NCBI RefSeq assembly: GCF_009914755.1
Contig: NC_060935.1
Reading direction: 5' to 3' (one strand)
DNA: 64,000 nt
From: the human T2T-CHM13v2.0 reference genome, Homo sapiens
The notes under the pieces are model-generated. The model had not been told where the DNA came from and did no database searches. It saw only the letters and a list, made by a program, of their open reading frames with translations. Below, one piece after another: positions 12,360 through 26,132 of this stretch. The position numbers and the translations under genes are program-made. Numbering within the stretch: position 1 is the stretch's first letter; each line of letters starts with the position of its first letter.

Positions 12360-14440
12360 TTTGAAAAGCAGCACAAGACAAGGATGCCCTCTCTCATCAC
12401 TCCGATTCAATATAGTATTGAAATTCTGGCCAGGGCAATCAGGAAAGAGAAAGAAATAAAGGGCATCCGAATAGGAAGAGAGAAAGTCAGATTATCCCTG
12501 TTTGCAGATAACATGATCCTATATCTAGAAAACCCCATCATCTCAGCCCAAAAGCTTTTTACATTGATAAACACCTTCAAGAAAGTCTCAAGACACAAAA
12601 TCAATGTGCAAAAATCACTAGCATTCTTAGACACCAACAACAGGCAAGCTGAGAGCCAAATCAGGAACAAATTCCCATTCACAATTGCCACAAAAAGAAT
12701 AAAACATACTTAGCAATACAACTAAGTGGGAAGGTGAAAGATCCCTACAAGGAGAACTACAAACTCTGCTCAAAGAAATTAGAGATGACACAAACAAATG
12801 GAAAAACATTCCATGCTCATGGATAGAGAGAAGCAGTATCATGAAAATGGCCATACTGCCCAAAGAAATTTATAGATTCAATGCTATTCCCATTAAATTA
12901 CCACTGACATTCTTCACAGAATTAGAAAAAAACTATTTTAAAATTCACGTGGAATCAAAAAAGACCCCAAACAGCCAAGACAATCCTAAGCAAAAATGAC
13001 AAAGCTGGAGGCATCACACAACCTGACTTCAAACTATACTTACAGGGTTACAGTAACCAAAACAGTGTGGCACTGGTACAAAAACAGATACCTAGACCAA
13101 TGGAATAGAATAGAGAACCACAAAATAAGACCACTCACCTACAACTATCTGATCTTTGACAAACCTGACAAAAATAGGCAATGGGGAAAGGATTCTCTAT
13201 TCAGTAAATGGTGCTGTGAGAACTGGCTAGCCATATGCAGAAGATTGAAACTGGACCTCTTTCTTACACCATATACAAAAATTAACTCACGATGGATTAA
13301 TGACTAAAATATAAAACTTAAAACTAAAAAAATCCTGAAGACAACTTAGGCAATACCATTCAGGACATGGGCATGGGCAAAGATTTCATGATAAATATGC
13401 CAAAAACAACTGCAACAAATGCAAACATTGGCAAATGGGATTTAATAAAACTAAAGAGCTTCTGCACAGCAAAAGAAACTATCAGCAGAGTAAACAGACA
13501 ACCTACAGAATGGGAGAAAATTTTTGCAAACTATGCATCTGACAAAAGTCTAATATCCAGACTCTATAAGGAACTTAGATAAATTTACAAGAAAAAAATA
13601 ACCCCATAAAAAAGTGGGCAAAGGACGTGAACAGACACTTTTCAAAAGAAGACATACATGTGGCCGACAATCACATGAAAAAACCGATCATTAGAGAGAT
13701 GCAAATTAAAGCCACAATGAGATACCATCTTACACCAGTCAGAATGGTTATTAGTAAAAAGTAAAAAAATAACAGATGCTGGCAAGGTCGTGGAGAAAAA
13801 CGAATGCTTATACACTGTCGGTGGAAGTGTAAATCAGTTCAGCCATGGCAGAAGACAGTGTGGTGACTCCTCAATGGCCTAAAGACAGAAATATTAATCC
13901 CACTCAACTCAGCAATCCATTATTGGGTATATACCCAAAGGAATATAAATCATTCTATTATAAAGACATATGCATGCATATGTTCATTGCAGCACTATTT
14001 ACAATAGCAAATACACGGAATCAAGACATATGGTCATCAATGTTAGATTGGATAAACAAAATGTGGTATATATACACTATGGAATACAATGCAGCCATAA
14101 AAAAGAATGACACCACATCCTTTGCAGGGACATGGATGGACCTGGAGGCCATTATCCTCAGCAAACTAATGCAGGATCAGAAAACCAAATACAGCATGTT
14201 CTCACTTGAAAGTGGGAACTAAATGATGAGAATACATGGACACATACAGGGGAACAAGACACACTGGGGCCTTTCAAAGGGTGGAGTGGTGGAGAAGGGA
14301 GAGGATAAGGAAAAATAACTAATGGGTACTAGGCTTAATACCTGGGTGATTAAATAATCTGTACAACAAACCCCCATGACACAATTTTGCCTATGTAACA
14401 AACCTGCACATGTGCCCCTGAACATAAAAGTTAAAAAAAA
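12360..14440 (+). mobile_element. 5'-truncated older L1PA (about PA13-PA16), degraded ORF2 plus 3'UTR
   Basis: ORF fragments [15 protein letters not shown] and [15 protein letters not shown]; A tail; TSD aaagaaatgt(a/g)c at 12348-12359 and 14438-14449. Confidence 0.93.
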
Positions 14441-14645
14441 GAAATGTGCCAAAATATTCATAGTAGTTGTGTTTAAGTGATGGGACCTATGGGTGTTTAC
14501 TTTTTGTTTACATTTCTACATAAATCAAATACATGTTGTATAGATGTACTTTATTCCTTGAATAGCCATAATGTTGATTTAAAAAAACAGTAACTTGAGT
14601 ACTTGATGGAGAGGAAGTTCATGTGGCTGAGGTGCTAAAAACTAG

Positions 14646-15090
14646 TTAAATATATTAAATAATTATATTTAATATATTTATATTTATTTAATATATAATA
14701 TATTAATTTATTTAATATATAATACATTAATTTATCTAATATAGTTATATTTATTTACTATATAATATATTAATTTATTTAATATATTTATATTTATTTA
14801 ATATATAACATATTAATTTAATATAGTTATATTTATTTAATATATAACATATTAATTTAATATGTTATATTTATGTAATATATATTAATTTATTTGATAT
14901 AGTTATATTTGTTTAATATATATTAATTTATTTAATAGTTATATTTATTTAATATATTATATATTAATTTATTTAATATATAATATATTAATTTATTTAA
15001 TATATAATATATTAATTTATTTAATATATAATATATTAATTTATTTAATATATAATATATTAATTTATTTAATATATAATATATATTAAT
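14646..15090. repeat. AT-rich minisatellite, 24-bp unit ATATATAATATATTAATTTATTTA
   Basis: Near-perfect units at about 14935-15088 (translate as YYILNKLI repeats), more degenerate to the left. Confidence 0.95.
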
Positions 15091-15101
15091 ACACACACAT
15101 A

Positions 15102-15388
15102 TTTTTTGAGACAAGGTCTTGCCTTATCACCAAGGCTGCAGTCCAGTGGTGAAATCATAGCTCATTGTAACCTCAAACTTGGGCTCAAGTGATCCTCTTA
15201 CCTCAGCTGCCCAAGTAGCTGGGACTACAGGCGTGCACCACCATGCCTAAATTATTGTCAAGTTTTTTGAAGAGATGGGGGTCTCACTATATATGACTAG
15301 TTGGTCTTGAACTCCTGGCCTCAAGTAATCCTCCTGCATCAGCCTCCCAAAGTGCTGGGATTACAGGTGTGAGCTACTGTGCCTGCCC
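15102..15388 (-). mobile_element. AluJ SINE
   Basis: gagacaaggtct...gggctcaagtgatcctc...cccaaagtgctgggattacagg with J-type diagnostics. Confidence 0.9.
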
Positions 15389-16417
15389 AAGGGCTAGTGA
15401 TATTTTTGACACGAATATGACTTTGACAGGGAGAAGAGGGCTTGAATTCTTAAGGAAATATACATGAGAAATGTAACAGCCAGGAATGAGAGATGAGGAA
15501 TCCTGAGGTGACTAGGTTATCAGGGAATAGTTCTGTTTGTCTGGACTAAAGAATATGTGTAAGGAAAAGGGAGAATTGAAACTAGAATGTTAGGCTGTGG
15601 TCAGAACATGGAAGACTCTCAGTATCAGAGTGAAGTATCTGGACATATTTCCGTAGAAAACTGGGGGTCAGTCACAATTTTTCAACTGGAAAATATGATC
15701 ACAGCTCTACATTAGCAGGTAGCCAGGTGCAGCACAGATTGGAGATGGGGGAGACAGGAGGGAGGGAGACCAATCAGGAAGTGATTAGCCGGGCCCAGCC
15801 AAGAAGCAATGATTACTTGATTATTTATTCATGTATCTCTCTTTCACAGAGGTGGCTCCATGACTTTCCAATTTTTCTTTTTAATGTTTTGCCTGTCTGG
15901 CTCCAATTTTCAATTGCAAAATAAGAAAAGATTCACTTTGAATCCGTAGCTCAATTTGCTCTCAGGTGAAAGGCACAATCTTGAGTGGAGGTTAGCCTTA
16001 ATCTGTCACATTTCCACTGATAAAGGGAACATTTAGGACAGTTGTTTTCAAGGCTGGATGAGTCCTGTCTCTTTGATTGATTTCTAATTCCTTCATTCAC
16101 CTAGGAGAGGAGACGGGTCTCTGAAGTTCATGGGATCTTTAACTTCCCAGTTAGAATGGCTGAATCTTACAGCAAATAGAGCAGGTCAGCTAGGTCTCCT
16201 TAGAGCCAGAGTGAGTACAAGAGTAGAACAGAGTTCCAAAGGACCGTTACCAAAGATACCTGATTGAAAAACTTAAAACATAAAACTCACTGTGGGCTCC
16301 CACCCTTTATGGGCACACAGCCCCTTGCTCTTTTGTAGGGGGGAACTCTTCTTTCCATATTACTGCCCCAGCCCACAGATATGGAGACATCAACAAGTAT
16401 TTTTCCTTTCATCACTT

Positions 16418-17154
16418 GGAAAGCGCCTTTGCAAAGATTATAACTGAGAAAATTATGATGGTGAAAGAGATCTGACCTAACCGACTCCATCTTGCTTTTA
16501 ACCTCCAAGCTGTCCTTATTCATTCCTGAGTGTAGGCCAAACTAACTTTGGGAGGAGCTTAGTTTTTAGTTTAACTAGGAAACAAAGACGGTAACAGCTC
16601 TTTCTCAAAACAAACCCCCTTCCTGACTGGGGACTAAACTGTCTTTACAGGACTAAGAAATTAGCCACAAGATTAGAAATTATGGTTTAGGAGTCATGCA
16701 GCTGGAGGCTGCAAGATTCTCAACCTCCCAAATTGCTCCTCGGGATAACATCACTATTCTAAAATCTAAGATCAGTGCTTAAGATATTTTGCAGAACCTG
16801 CACTGGATGGATCAGCTGGCACCACTCAGATCAATAAACTGGTTCATCTGGCCTCGTGGTCCGCAACCAGGAACTGACTGAGCACAAGAGGAGAGCTTCA
16901 ACTCCCTATAATTTCATCTCCATCCTGACCAATCAGCACTCCCCACTTTCCAACCCCCCCCACCCCAAACAAATTATCCTTAAAAACTCCAATCCTTGAG
17001 TTTTTGCAGAGACTGATTTGAGTAATAATAAATCTCTGGTCTTCCATACAGCTGGCTCTGTGTGAATTAAGCTCTTTCTCTATTACAATTCCCCTGTCTT
17101 AATAAATTGGCTCTGTCAAAGCAGCGGGTAAGGTGAACCCGTCAGCTGGTTAAA
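16418..17154 (+). mobile_element. ERV1 solo LTR (LTR8A-like)
   Basis: gcctttgcaaagattataactgag...ctaaccgactccatcttgc start; AATAAA near the 3' end; 4-bp TSD actt (16414-16417 and 17155-17158). Confidence 0.88.
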
Positions 17155-20100
17155 ACTTCTTCCATCCTCCTTCCTTTCCCACCCCATTTCTCTTTTGGGT
17201 TGCTGCTTCTAGGATCAATCACCGGGAAAGGTCTAGGCTCTCCTCTTCTTCCTGAGTCCACCTGCTAAGCACAATGTACCTCCTTGCTGGCTATCCCACC
17301 TAATTGTGACTGTTTATGACCATTTGTAACCAGACTTGTGATCTTCCATGCAGTAGGAAGACTGTGTAAGTGTACCCATGTTTGTTTATCAACCTTGAGC
17401 CCTCCCAAGCATCCTTGAGTCTGAATTTGCATCATAGTTGTTGTACACTTACCCTGTGGCTTTTCATTCCACCCAAGTTCTCCATTCTAGTTTTACTAGA
17501 AAGACTTAAGCTTTAGTATTTCTTGGACTCACATTAATGAAACTGCTACTTTTGAGTCCTTTTGGCTTCTTGTATCTTTTGCCTAGTAGCTAAAATAAAG
17601 AAAGGCTAGTAAGTGATTAGCACCATTAACCTGCAACACTCTGAATTAACTCATCAGGATACTCTGAAATGCCTGCTTTTTCAGGCCTTTATGCAGGCAA
17701 CGCCCTCTTCCCGGGATGCTGTTGCCTCCCTGACATCAGCCCAGCAATTCGCTCCTTTGTGAGGTTAAATGCCTGTCTTTCTTGTGTGCCCCAAATACTC
17801 CATGCACATTTTATCACTGCAATTCTCCCTGCCTTATAATTGTGTACCTTTCTCTCCCTCAGGACTATCATTTTCTTATTATCCACAGTAAGTCTTCAGA
17901 CATATTTGTTGAATTTATAAGTGAACGATAGGTGGAGACATTTTTTTAATACCAAGGTTTCACTTCATCACTAAGTAACACTGCTTTGTTTTTGACATAT
18001 CTTAAATATGCAAGCCATTTTCTAAAATAGCTTGAATAGCTTTTTCCTACTTCGTTTTCCTCATTTTCTTAATCTATCAAAATATTAGTACACCAAAGAC
18101 CACAGATATACAGGAAAGGTTATATGCATATAAAGAGGCACATTTATCTAAAAATCACTACATTTTTTCTGGTTTTCAAGGATAAAAGTTTACTTGTTGC
18201 ATGCCCATATAATTAGATACTAGATAAACAGGATACTGAACTTTCCAAGTGTCATTACACAGCATCCCTCTCAAGCTGGAAATGTGTTTACTCAGCACAT
18301 CGGGGAGTCATCTGCTCATATGATCAGCAACCAGGGTTTATGAAGAAAATTACAGCAGTAAAGTATTATTTCAAACACTGCTTGTGTCAGGACTAGTCAA
18401 CATGCAAAACATTCTCAAAGTCAGATAACACACAAAGGCAGCAAGTGTGGGGTACTTAACCGCGCCCGTGGATACAGAGGATGTTATGGATGAGATTCAG
18501 GGGCCTCCCTGCAACTTTACGCACAACTTCGGATATATTTACTTTTCTGTGGAGTGGGTCCACAGCTTTCATATCTCAGGGATAGCAGCACATATGTATG
18601 AGCTCTGTGACCACAGGCATGCTCCTAACCTCTGTGTTTTCACTGACTCATTTGTAAAGTTACCTAACCTGTGTTTATTGAATCACTTGTAAAATAACAG
18701 GATTAGCATAAGCATTAGATCTCTAAGATAATGCAGCTTTAAATTCTATATTTTCCCTAATCCATGCTTCATGGAGATGCATTCATGCAAGACTTAGTAG
18801 TAACAGAATATTTACGACATGTCAGGCATTGTATTAAATACTTCACATACAATGCCTCATATGTGAAATCCTCAAAGTAATCAAAAAAGGTTAGATACTA
18901 TTATTAATCTTATTATTATTATTTTAGTATATTTAACATATTATTATCATCATCAGGACTGTCCCACCAAATTATAATTTCTATAAGGGCAGGAACCTTG
19001 TCTGTTTTATCATATTCTTCCCTGTCCTATGAACTCTATCAAAGTTCTCATATGTACTGTATTTAGGTTTTAGGAATACAATTTGATTAACATAACCTTC
19101 CCAAAGAGAACACTAGTTCATCAAAATGATCTCTGTAATTGGTGAAATTTTAGAATATTTGTGAAATAGTGAATAAGAACACCTATATAACCCTGCCTAT
19201 AATATCCTGCAACAGCAAGAATCTGTTCTTAAAGAATGTGTGCTTCAACCAGTATCCATGGAAGTGCCTTCATTTTCTCTGCGGCCTAGGCTTTCCAGCC
19301 CAGGACAGCAGCATTCACCCAGGGGTTCTGGTACATACATTTGTCCCTCTTGCTCTGCTATCCTCCTGACCACATCCCTGGCTTGCTTTGTGTCCAGACA
19401 GACAGATCCTAATTGCAGTACATAATGAAAACTTTAATAGAGTTCATGGGACAGTGAAGAATGAAATTTAATATAATCCTGAAGCAAAGGAAAATTTGAC
19501 AAAGGATATGGCTGGGTCTATAAGCAAATGGTAATGGGTGAGGGGAATAAAGGGAAAATTGGGCTCTTCAGGGTTGGGAAGCAGAAGAGGAACAGGTAGG
19601 CAAGAAGGAATGGGAGGACACAGAAAGTGAGGTGAAATGAAGTCCCATTATAATATTGTTTGGCTCTTTCTAGTCATGCATGTGTTTCAATGCATTTTTG
19701 AACAGACTTTTTATTGAGCACCTTTTATGTGCCATGCACTATGATAAAACATACAAGTTTCCTTCCCCATAGAAATTATAATTTGGTAGGACAGTTCTGA
19801 TGATGATAATAATGATTAATATACTATAGAATAATAATAATAAAAAGATAAATAATAGTATCTAACCCTTTGGATTATCTTTGTTTAGTGTCTTATTGAT
19901 ACTTTTGTAGCATCTCACCTTAGCTAACCCTCTGGTTTTAGCTACCTTATCCCATCTAAGTGCTGAAAGACTTGAGAGATATCCTCAGTAGGATGGTCTG
20001 AGATAAAGATAAGAAACCTTCCTCATCTTTGACTGAGAGAGGAGTGACCTACTGGGTTGCTTCCCTCTCTTGTCTTTGCTTCCTTTCAGCAGCCTGAATG

Positions 20101-20745
20101 CTAAGGCACCAAGAAAATCATCACTCCAAGGGAAAGGTGCCTTCTCTTTTCTATTTTAGGGTCTTAGCAATTGCTCTCCTTTTGCTTAGTGCACTCTTCT
20201 TCCATAGCTTTGCGTCATTGCTTCCTAATATTTCAGGTCTCCATTGAAATTTTACATCCACAGATCATCCTTGACTCCCTAGCTGGAATGGGCTCCATAC
20301 TAGTCACTCTCCAACACACTATTTTCTTTTATCTGCCTTTATTGAGGTTTGAATGTTTCTATGTATGCATGTACTTCGCTGCTTACATGCTTATGATCTA
20401 TTTCCTCCCACTGCTATGAGTATTCCTGACAGCAGAGGTTCTGCCTGTCTTCCTCACTGCTGTATCTCCAGGGCACTGGACATGCCTTGTCTGGCTTACA
20501 GTAGGCATTTATGAAACTATATTGCAGCTCTTGCAGCTCTGAAATCTCCAGTGGGATATATTTGAGGGAAAGAAACTGAGGTAAACAGAATCTGCTGTAG
20601 GGATTACTGTCCTCACTCTGACAGTCCTTGGCTATATATATATAGTCCTGGCTGAAGTGCCTAAAATACCATGGGTGTTCCGAATAGTCAATTCCGAAGG
20701 TCAATGGTCCTTTACTCTCTAGCTTTGTTTAAGAATTCAGCTTAG

Positions 20746-21044
20746 GGCCAGGCGCGGTGGTTCACACCTGTAATCCTAGCACTTTGGGAGGCTGAGGCGG
20801 GCGGATCAAGAGGTCAGGAGGTCGAGACCATCCTGGCTAACATGGTGAAACCCCGTCTCTACTAAAAATACAAAAAATTAGCCGAGCATGGTGGCGGGTG
20901 CCTGTAGTCCCAGCTACTCAGGAGGCTGAGGCAGGAGAATGGCAGGAACCCAGGAGACGGAGCTTGCAGTGAGCCGAGATTGCACCACTGCACTCCAGCC
21001 TAGGCGACAGAAAGAGACTCCAACTCAAAAAAGAAAAAAAAAAA
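20746..21044 (+). mobile_element. AluY-type SINE
   Basis: Full dimer, ggagcttgcagtgagccgag; TSD aattcagcttag at 20734-20745 and 21045-21056. Confidence 0.93.
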
Positions 21045-22941
21045 AATTCAGCTTAGGAGGATGATGCTCACCTTTATTTTGCTGTTGATAATATTGCTTT
21101 TGTTTTACCAACTGGTAAATTTTAGGTGAGCATAATTAGAGTCTGCAAAAGTTATTATAATTGATAATCTTATCTTTTTCAACCCCTGGGCTGTTCTCCT
21201 CCTCTCTTCCTTCTCCTCCTCCCTTCTCCATCTTCTTCCTTTTCTTCTTTTTCTATTTTAAATAATCATTTTTATGTAAAACCATTCTTCATTTGAGTTT
21301 TATTCCCAATGGAAATAACGGCATCACTTTAATTAACTACAGAGATATACACAGCTAAGCAACTGATATGACAAAATAGGTTTTTTATTTTAGAAAGTGT
21401 TATAATGGGTATTAGCAAATTTCAATGTATAAAATAAAGTAGATTTTATTAATAAAAGAAGAAAGTTTTTGAGTAGCTTTCCAAGCTTTCAAATGACTTG
21501 ACTTTTTATTTTTGAATTTTAAAAAATGTACCTCACATTAACACAGACACACACGCAAGTGGGCTATTTATACAGGATTGTCTGTTACCTGATATATTAA
21601 TAATATGGCCAGTGATAATAATAACAATAATAGCCTCAGACAGTTGAGTAATTAATAAGTTCCAGGCAAAGTGGTTTATAAAAGTTATCTAATTTAATCC
21701 TCAAAACAACCTAATGTCATGCAGTATTATCACCATTTTACAGACGATGAAACTGAGCCATTAGTCAGTATGCAGCAGAGCTGAAATTCATACCCTTGTT
21801 TGTTCAGTTCTCTGTACACCATCTACCGGGGGGAGCCTTGTAATTGAATACCTTTCCAATAATCTACTCAGTAGTCTTCTCAGAAAGATTCCTAACCATC
21901 CAACCATTCATTTGTTCTCCAGCAAAGTAGATTTGTGGCAGGAGATCCTAATTTATTTAGATAATCATATCTCGCTACCAAATATTTGACAACATTATCC
22001 ATTCTGCTTAATTATGCTTTCTGAAGGTATCTGTTATCTTTAATGGGGTAGAATCAGAAAAGAAGGCTGAACAGGAGAGCAATAAAATGAAATGAGGCAA
22101 ATTTTATGAATCATATTTTCCCAAGAAAGGGTCATTTCAACAAACACACGGTCTAGCCATGTATAAGGCACTGTATAGAATTATGCATAGGAATGAGATA
22201 CACATCCCAACTTCAACAAGCAGATAAGCGTGTATCTGGAGGAGACAGATATATACATAATTTGTGATGGTAAAAGGTAGAATTATTGTCATCATTTATT
22301 GAACACTTAATACATCCTATGCATTGTGCTAAGTAATTATCATTTTAAAATTTTATACCAATTCCAATTATTACTCCCATTTAAAAGATGTAAAAGCAAA
22401 GGATAAGAAAGCTGTTTAATATTGCACCATTCCTAATGGGTGAATCCTGCCTTCAATCTAAGGTATGCTTTATGGTAAGGCACTGGTCCCATATGGCTAT
22501 GCTGCCATGCCCTGGGTGGGCACTGTGATAGGTGCTAAAAGAAGGTAGAAGGTTGAATTCCACACATCAAAAACTGTGATATAAGCATCAATCCCAACCA
22601 AAAATAAGTTATCTTGATGTTATCCATTAGTCTCCACAGTTTGCTAGAGTAAAAAACCGACTAAAAATGTACATTGCACTTTTCCAAAAACATTATGAGC
22701 ATGAACCATGTAGATGTGATTCCAGTGTAATAGGCTCTTGCAGTCCTGGATACCTACTACTTGTAGCTTTAGGAAATGTCCAGGTACACCTGGAGAGTCA
22801 CTGAGGCAGGAAGAGCAGAGATGTTCCATGGGAGGTATGCAGGTAGAGAGGTAGATATGAGAAGGGAGGTGAACTTGACCTATGATCTATCCTAACAGCT
22901 ACTCTTCATTTTCCAAGAGCACCTTGACTTCTCGTGTGCTG

Positions 22942-23264
22942 TTTTTGTTTGTTTGTTTGTTTGTTTGTTTGTTTTTAGACAGGGTCTCACTCTGACACAG
23001 GCAGGAGTGCAGTGGTGGCATCACTGCTCACTGCAGCCTTGACCTTCTGGGCTCACACAGTCCTCCAGCTTCAGCCTCTGGAGTAGGTGAGGTTACAGGC
23101 ATGTGCCATCATGCCTGTTTTGTTTTGTTTTGTTTTTCACTTTTTGTAGAGACAGGGTCCCACTATGTTGCCCAGGCTGGACTTAAACTTCTGGGCTCAA
23201 GGGGTCCTCCTGCCTCGGCCTCCCAAAATGCTGGGATTATAGGCCTTAGCCACCACACTCGGCC
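22942..23264 (-). mobile_element. AluJ SINE with (TTTG)n tail
   Basis: (gttt)n followed by agacagggtctcactctg...cccaaaatgctgggattatagg. Confidence 0.9.
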
Positions 23265-24769
23265 ACGAACTAATCTTAAGGCTCATATTTTTCTTGCATC
23301 TAGTATTCCTTAAAGTAGGGGTTGCAAAACAGCTGACTCTAGCTCCTAAATGTGTTTAGCATTCTAAAATTTATTATTTAAACACACTTGAAGAGGGATT
23401 GCCATTTTTAATCCCACTATCTCCCTATTAATTTACACCTGGCCTACTTCCAGTTTCAAGCCTGGTCTCTTAAGTTTATAAACCCTGCTTTAAAGCCTCT
23501 CCAAGTAAAATTTAAACATGAATAAAGTGATCTTCCCAGTACAGTGGTCAAACCATATGTGATCTATCCCTGCTGAGCCAAGAATCAAACAGAAGAGTTT
23601 TGTCAAAAAGCCACATGATCTAGAGTCTCTACATACCTGGAGGTTAAGCTCATTCTATCTCTTAAAATTTGTTTGTCAAAATACTTTGGCTTTAGTGGGC
23701 CATATTTAAGGCCAGAAGCCTATTAGGAGGCAAAAGAGTCTGTAGCTATTCTCAATGGACACAGACCAACAGACCAGTAGAAAAATACACAAGAATGTTG
23801 TAATATCATCATTTCAAAAAAAAAACACAAAATTGAATATACTGGTGGAGGTAAATAAGCCAGGAGAGTGATGCCAAACAGTTTACATCCAAACTATAGA
23901 GGCAGCCCAATATTCCACTTAAAATTGACCAAGAAATGAGTTATGAGACTGCACCATAACCCAAAACACATCAAACAAAAGTATCCATTCTCCCTTAAAA
24001 CTGTATTCCTACTGCTTTTTACAAAAGTGGTTATTTTGCCTTAAAGACATTATGTTGTAGTTATGGTGTTTCCAACTGACTTATGGAACATTCAACTTAC
24101 TCATAACAAAACATTAGCACTAATAGTGCTTGGTATTTTAAGGCAAAAAATAATTCTTCTCTAAGCCTATCCATCACCATTCTCACATGCCAAGCCTGCT
24201 CCATCCATGAATAATTGAGAACAGATGCATCACTGAACACATTAAAAGGCAAATAAATGTAGAAACCAAAGGTTCACACTTCAATTTTAATACTTAGCAG
24301 AACTGCATGAGTTTGCAATAATGTAAATCATGCTTGATGGATTATTTTCACATTAAAACTGGAACCAGTGTTACCGCATGTTATTTTTTCATTTACAATG
24401 TTCTGATGTAGAATTCACTTAGTGTTTAATAATTCACCATAATGCAAAGAAAACCAATTAGATTTTTTAAAAAGCAAGTTTTTTTTTCTTTTCTGAAACT
24501 TTAATTCTTAAGATAAAAAATAAAAAAATAAATTGATGCCATTTATAGTACTGTGTTCTATTTTGGCATTCACACTTGGTAAAGGGACAGAGACAAACCG
24601 AAAGAAAGTGAAAATTGATCCTAAAAGGCAATATGCTACAAACAACTGAAGGATTCTGGGATATTTATGTTAATGTATAGACAAAATTATCCAAATGTCT
24701 CTGTGGGCCTAACGTACAGCACTCAGTTATTGTGTCTTGTTATGCATCATTCTCAGTTGTTGCTATTCC

Positions 24770-25080
<311 letters not shown>

Positions 25081-25951
25081 TAGTTTTTGGCATCTCTACC
25101 CGACTTTAAGCTCCAGACGGTTCAAGGACCCTGTCTGTTCTGCTTACCTTTGTATCTACTACATCTACCAGAGTGCCTGACAAAGAACAGGAACTTACTA
25201 TTGTTTTATTAATGTATGAATGAGTAAAGATTGTGTGTGACCCATGACTGTGTGTGACCCAACGACTAAAATTAACTACAATGTAGATTTTGGCTCATTA
25301 TAAGGTTGAACATTTTCTATCAGTCAGAACCATTTACAGTTGAGAATGGCTGCTGAGGTGTTTAAGTAGAGAAAAGGCTACAAATAAGCATGAGTGTAGC
25401 AAACAGGATTCATACTCTTGGGTCCTCTATTGGACCTTTTGATTTTGCAGATGCTTATGAGCCCTGAGGCTCTATGATTATAACACAGACCCTTCCCAAA
25501 TCTGGGTCATAATTGAAATTATAATCATCAGGACTTTCTTCTGTGATAGAACTTATACACAAATTTTCAAACTAAAAGAGGAAATTATTTTCTTTAGCTT
25601 TAATTCTGAAAACCTGTTTAACTCTCACATACCTTCTATTTGGCTGTATGTTTACCTTGCATCAGTTGAATCAAAAGGCAATTTAGTATCAGCTTTACCT
25701 TAAAGATTTCCCTTTTTCTATGTACTATGATCTCTTTCAAAATGCATGGCACAAAGGTTGACTTAATAGATCCAAAATGGTATTTCTTACTAAGAAGGAT
25801 TTTAACATTTTGACCATAAGGTAGGAACAAACCATGTTATAAGGAACTAATAAAGTTCACTCACCCTCACTGAATTTGATCATAGAAAATTGATCTCTAC
25901 ACTTCATGAAACCAGTGTCTGCTTTTAATCATAAAGTGGTTAAGTACTCAC

Positions 25952-26132
25952 CAGCAAAGAATAATAAATCTTGAATCCAGGTTTAGCCACAAAGTAGTCA
26001 TCGGACTTGAATGTGATTTTAATTTGGTTCGTTCTTGATTTTATCCTTGGAGGAACTTCCTTGTGTCCACACCATCGTCCTCTAATAATGGTACTGGTTT
26101 CGGATATATCTTCAACTTCCACAAAATCATAC
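25952..26132 (-). CDS. PDGFD: PDGFD exon 3 (181 nt), C-terminal half of the CUB domain, about residues 110-170
   Basis: Translates as (R)YDFVEVEDISETSTIIRGRWCGHKEVPPRIKSRTNQIKITFKSDDYFVAKPGFKIYYSLL, with the CUB hallmarks YDFVEV, RWCG and FKSD..GF. Acceptor gattctAG at 26134-26133; donor CTG|GTGAGT at 25951. Phase is compatible with exon 2 (AG+G = Arg). Confidence 0.98.

Noticed and set aside
14932-15114. ORF with (YYILNKLI)n repeats
   Set aside because: Translation of the AT minisatellite.
25232-25266. Short tandem duplications (tgtgtgtgaccca.gac x2; also aaatctc x3 near 38200 and aagtgtctgaatgt x2 near 43000)
   Set aside because: Ordinary replication-slippage duplications; no spacers, not CRISPR-like.
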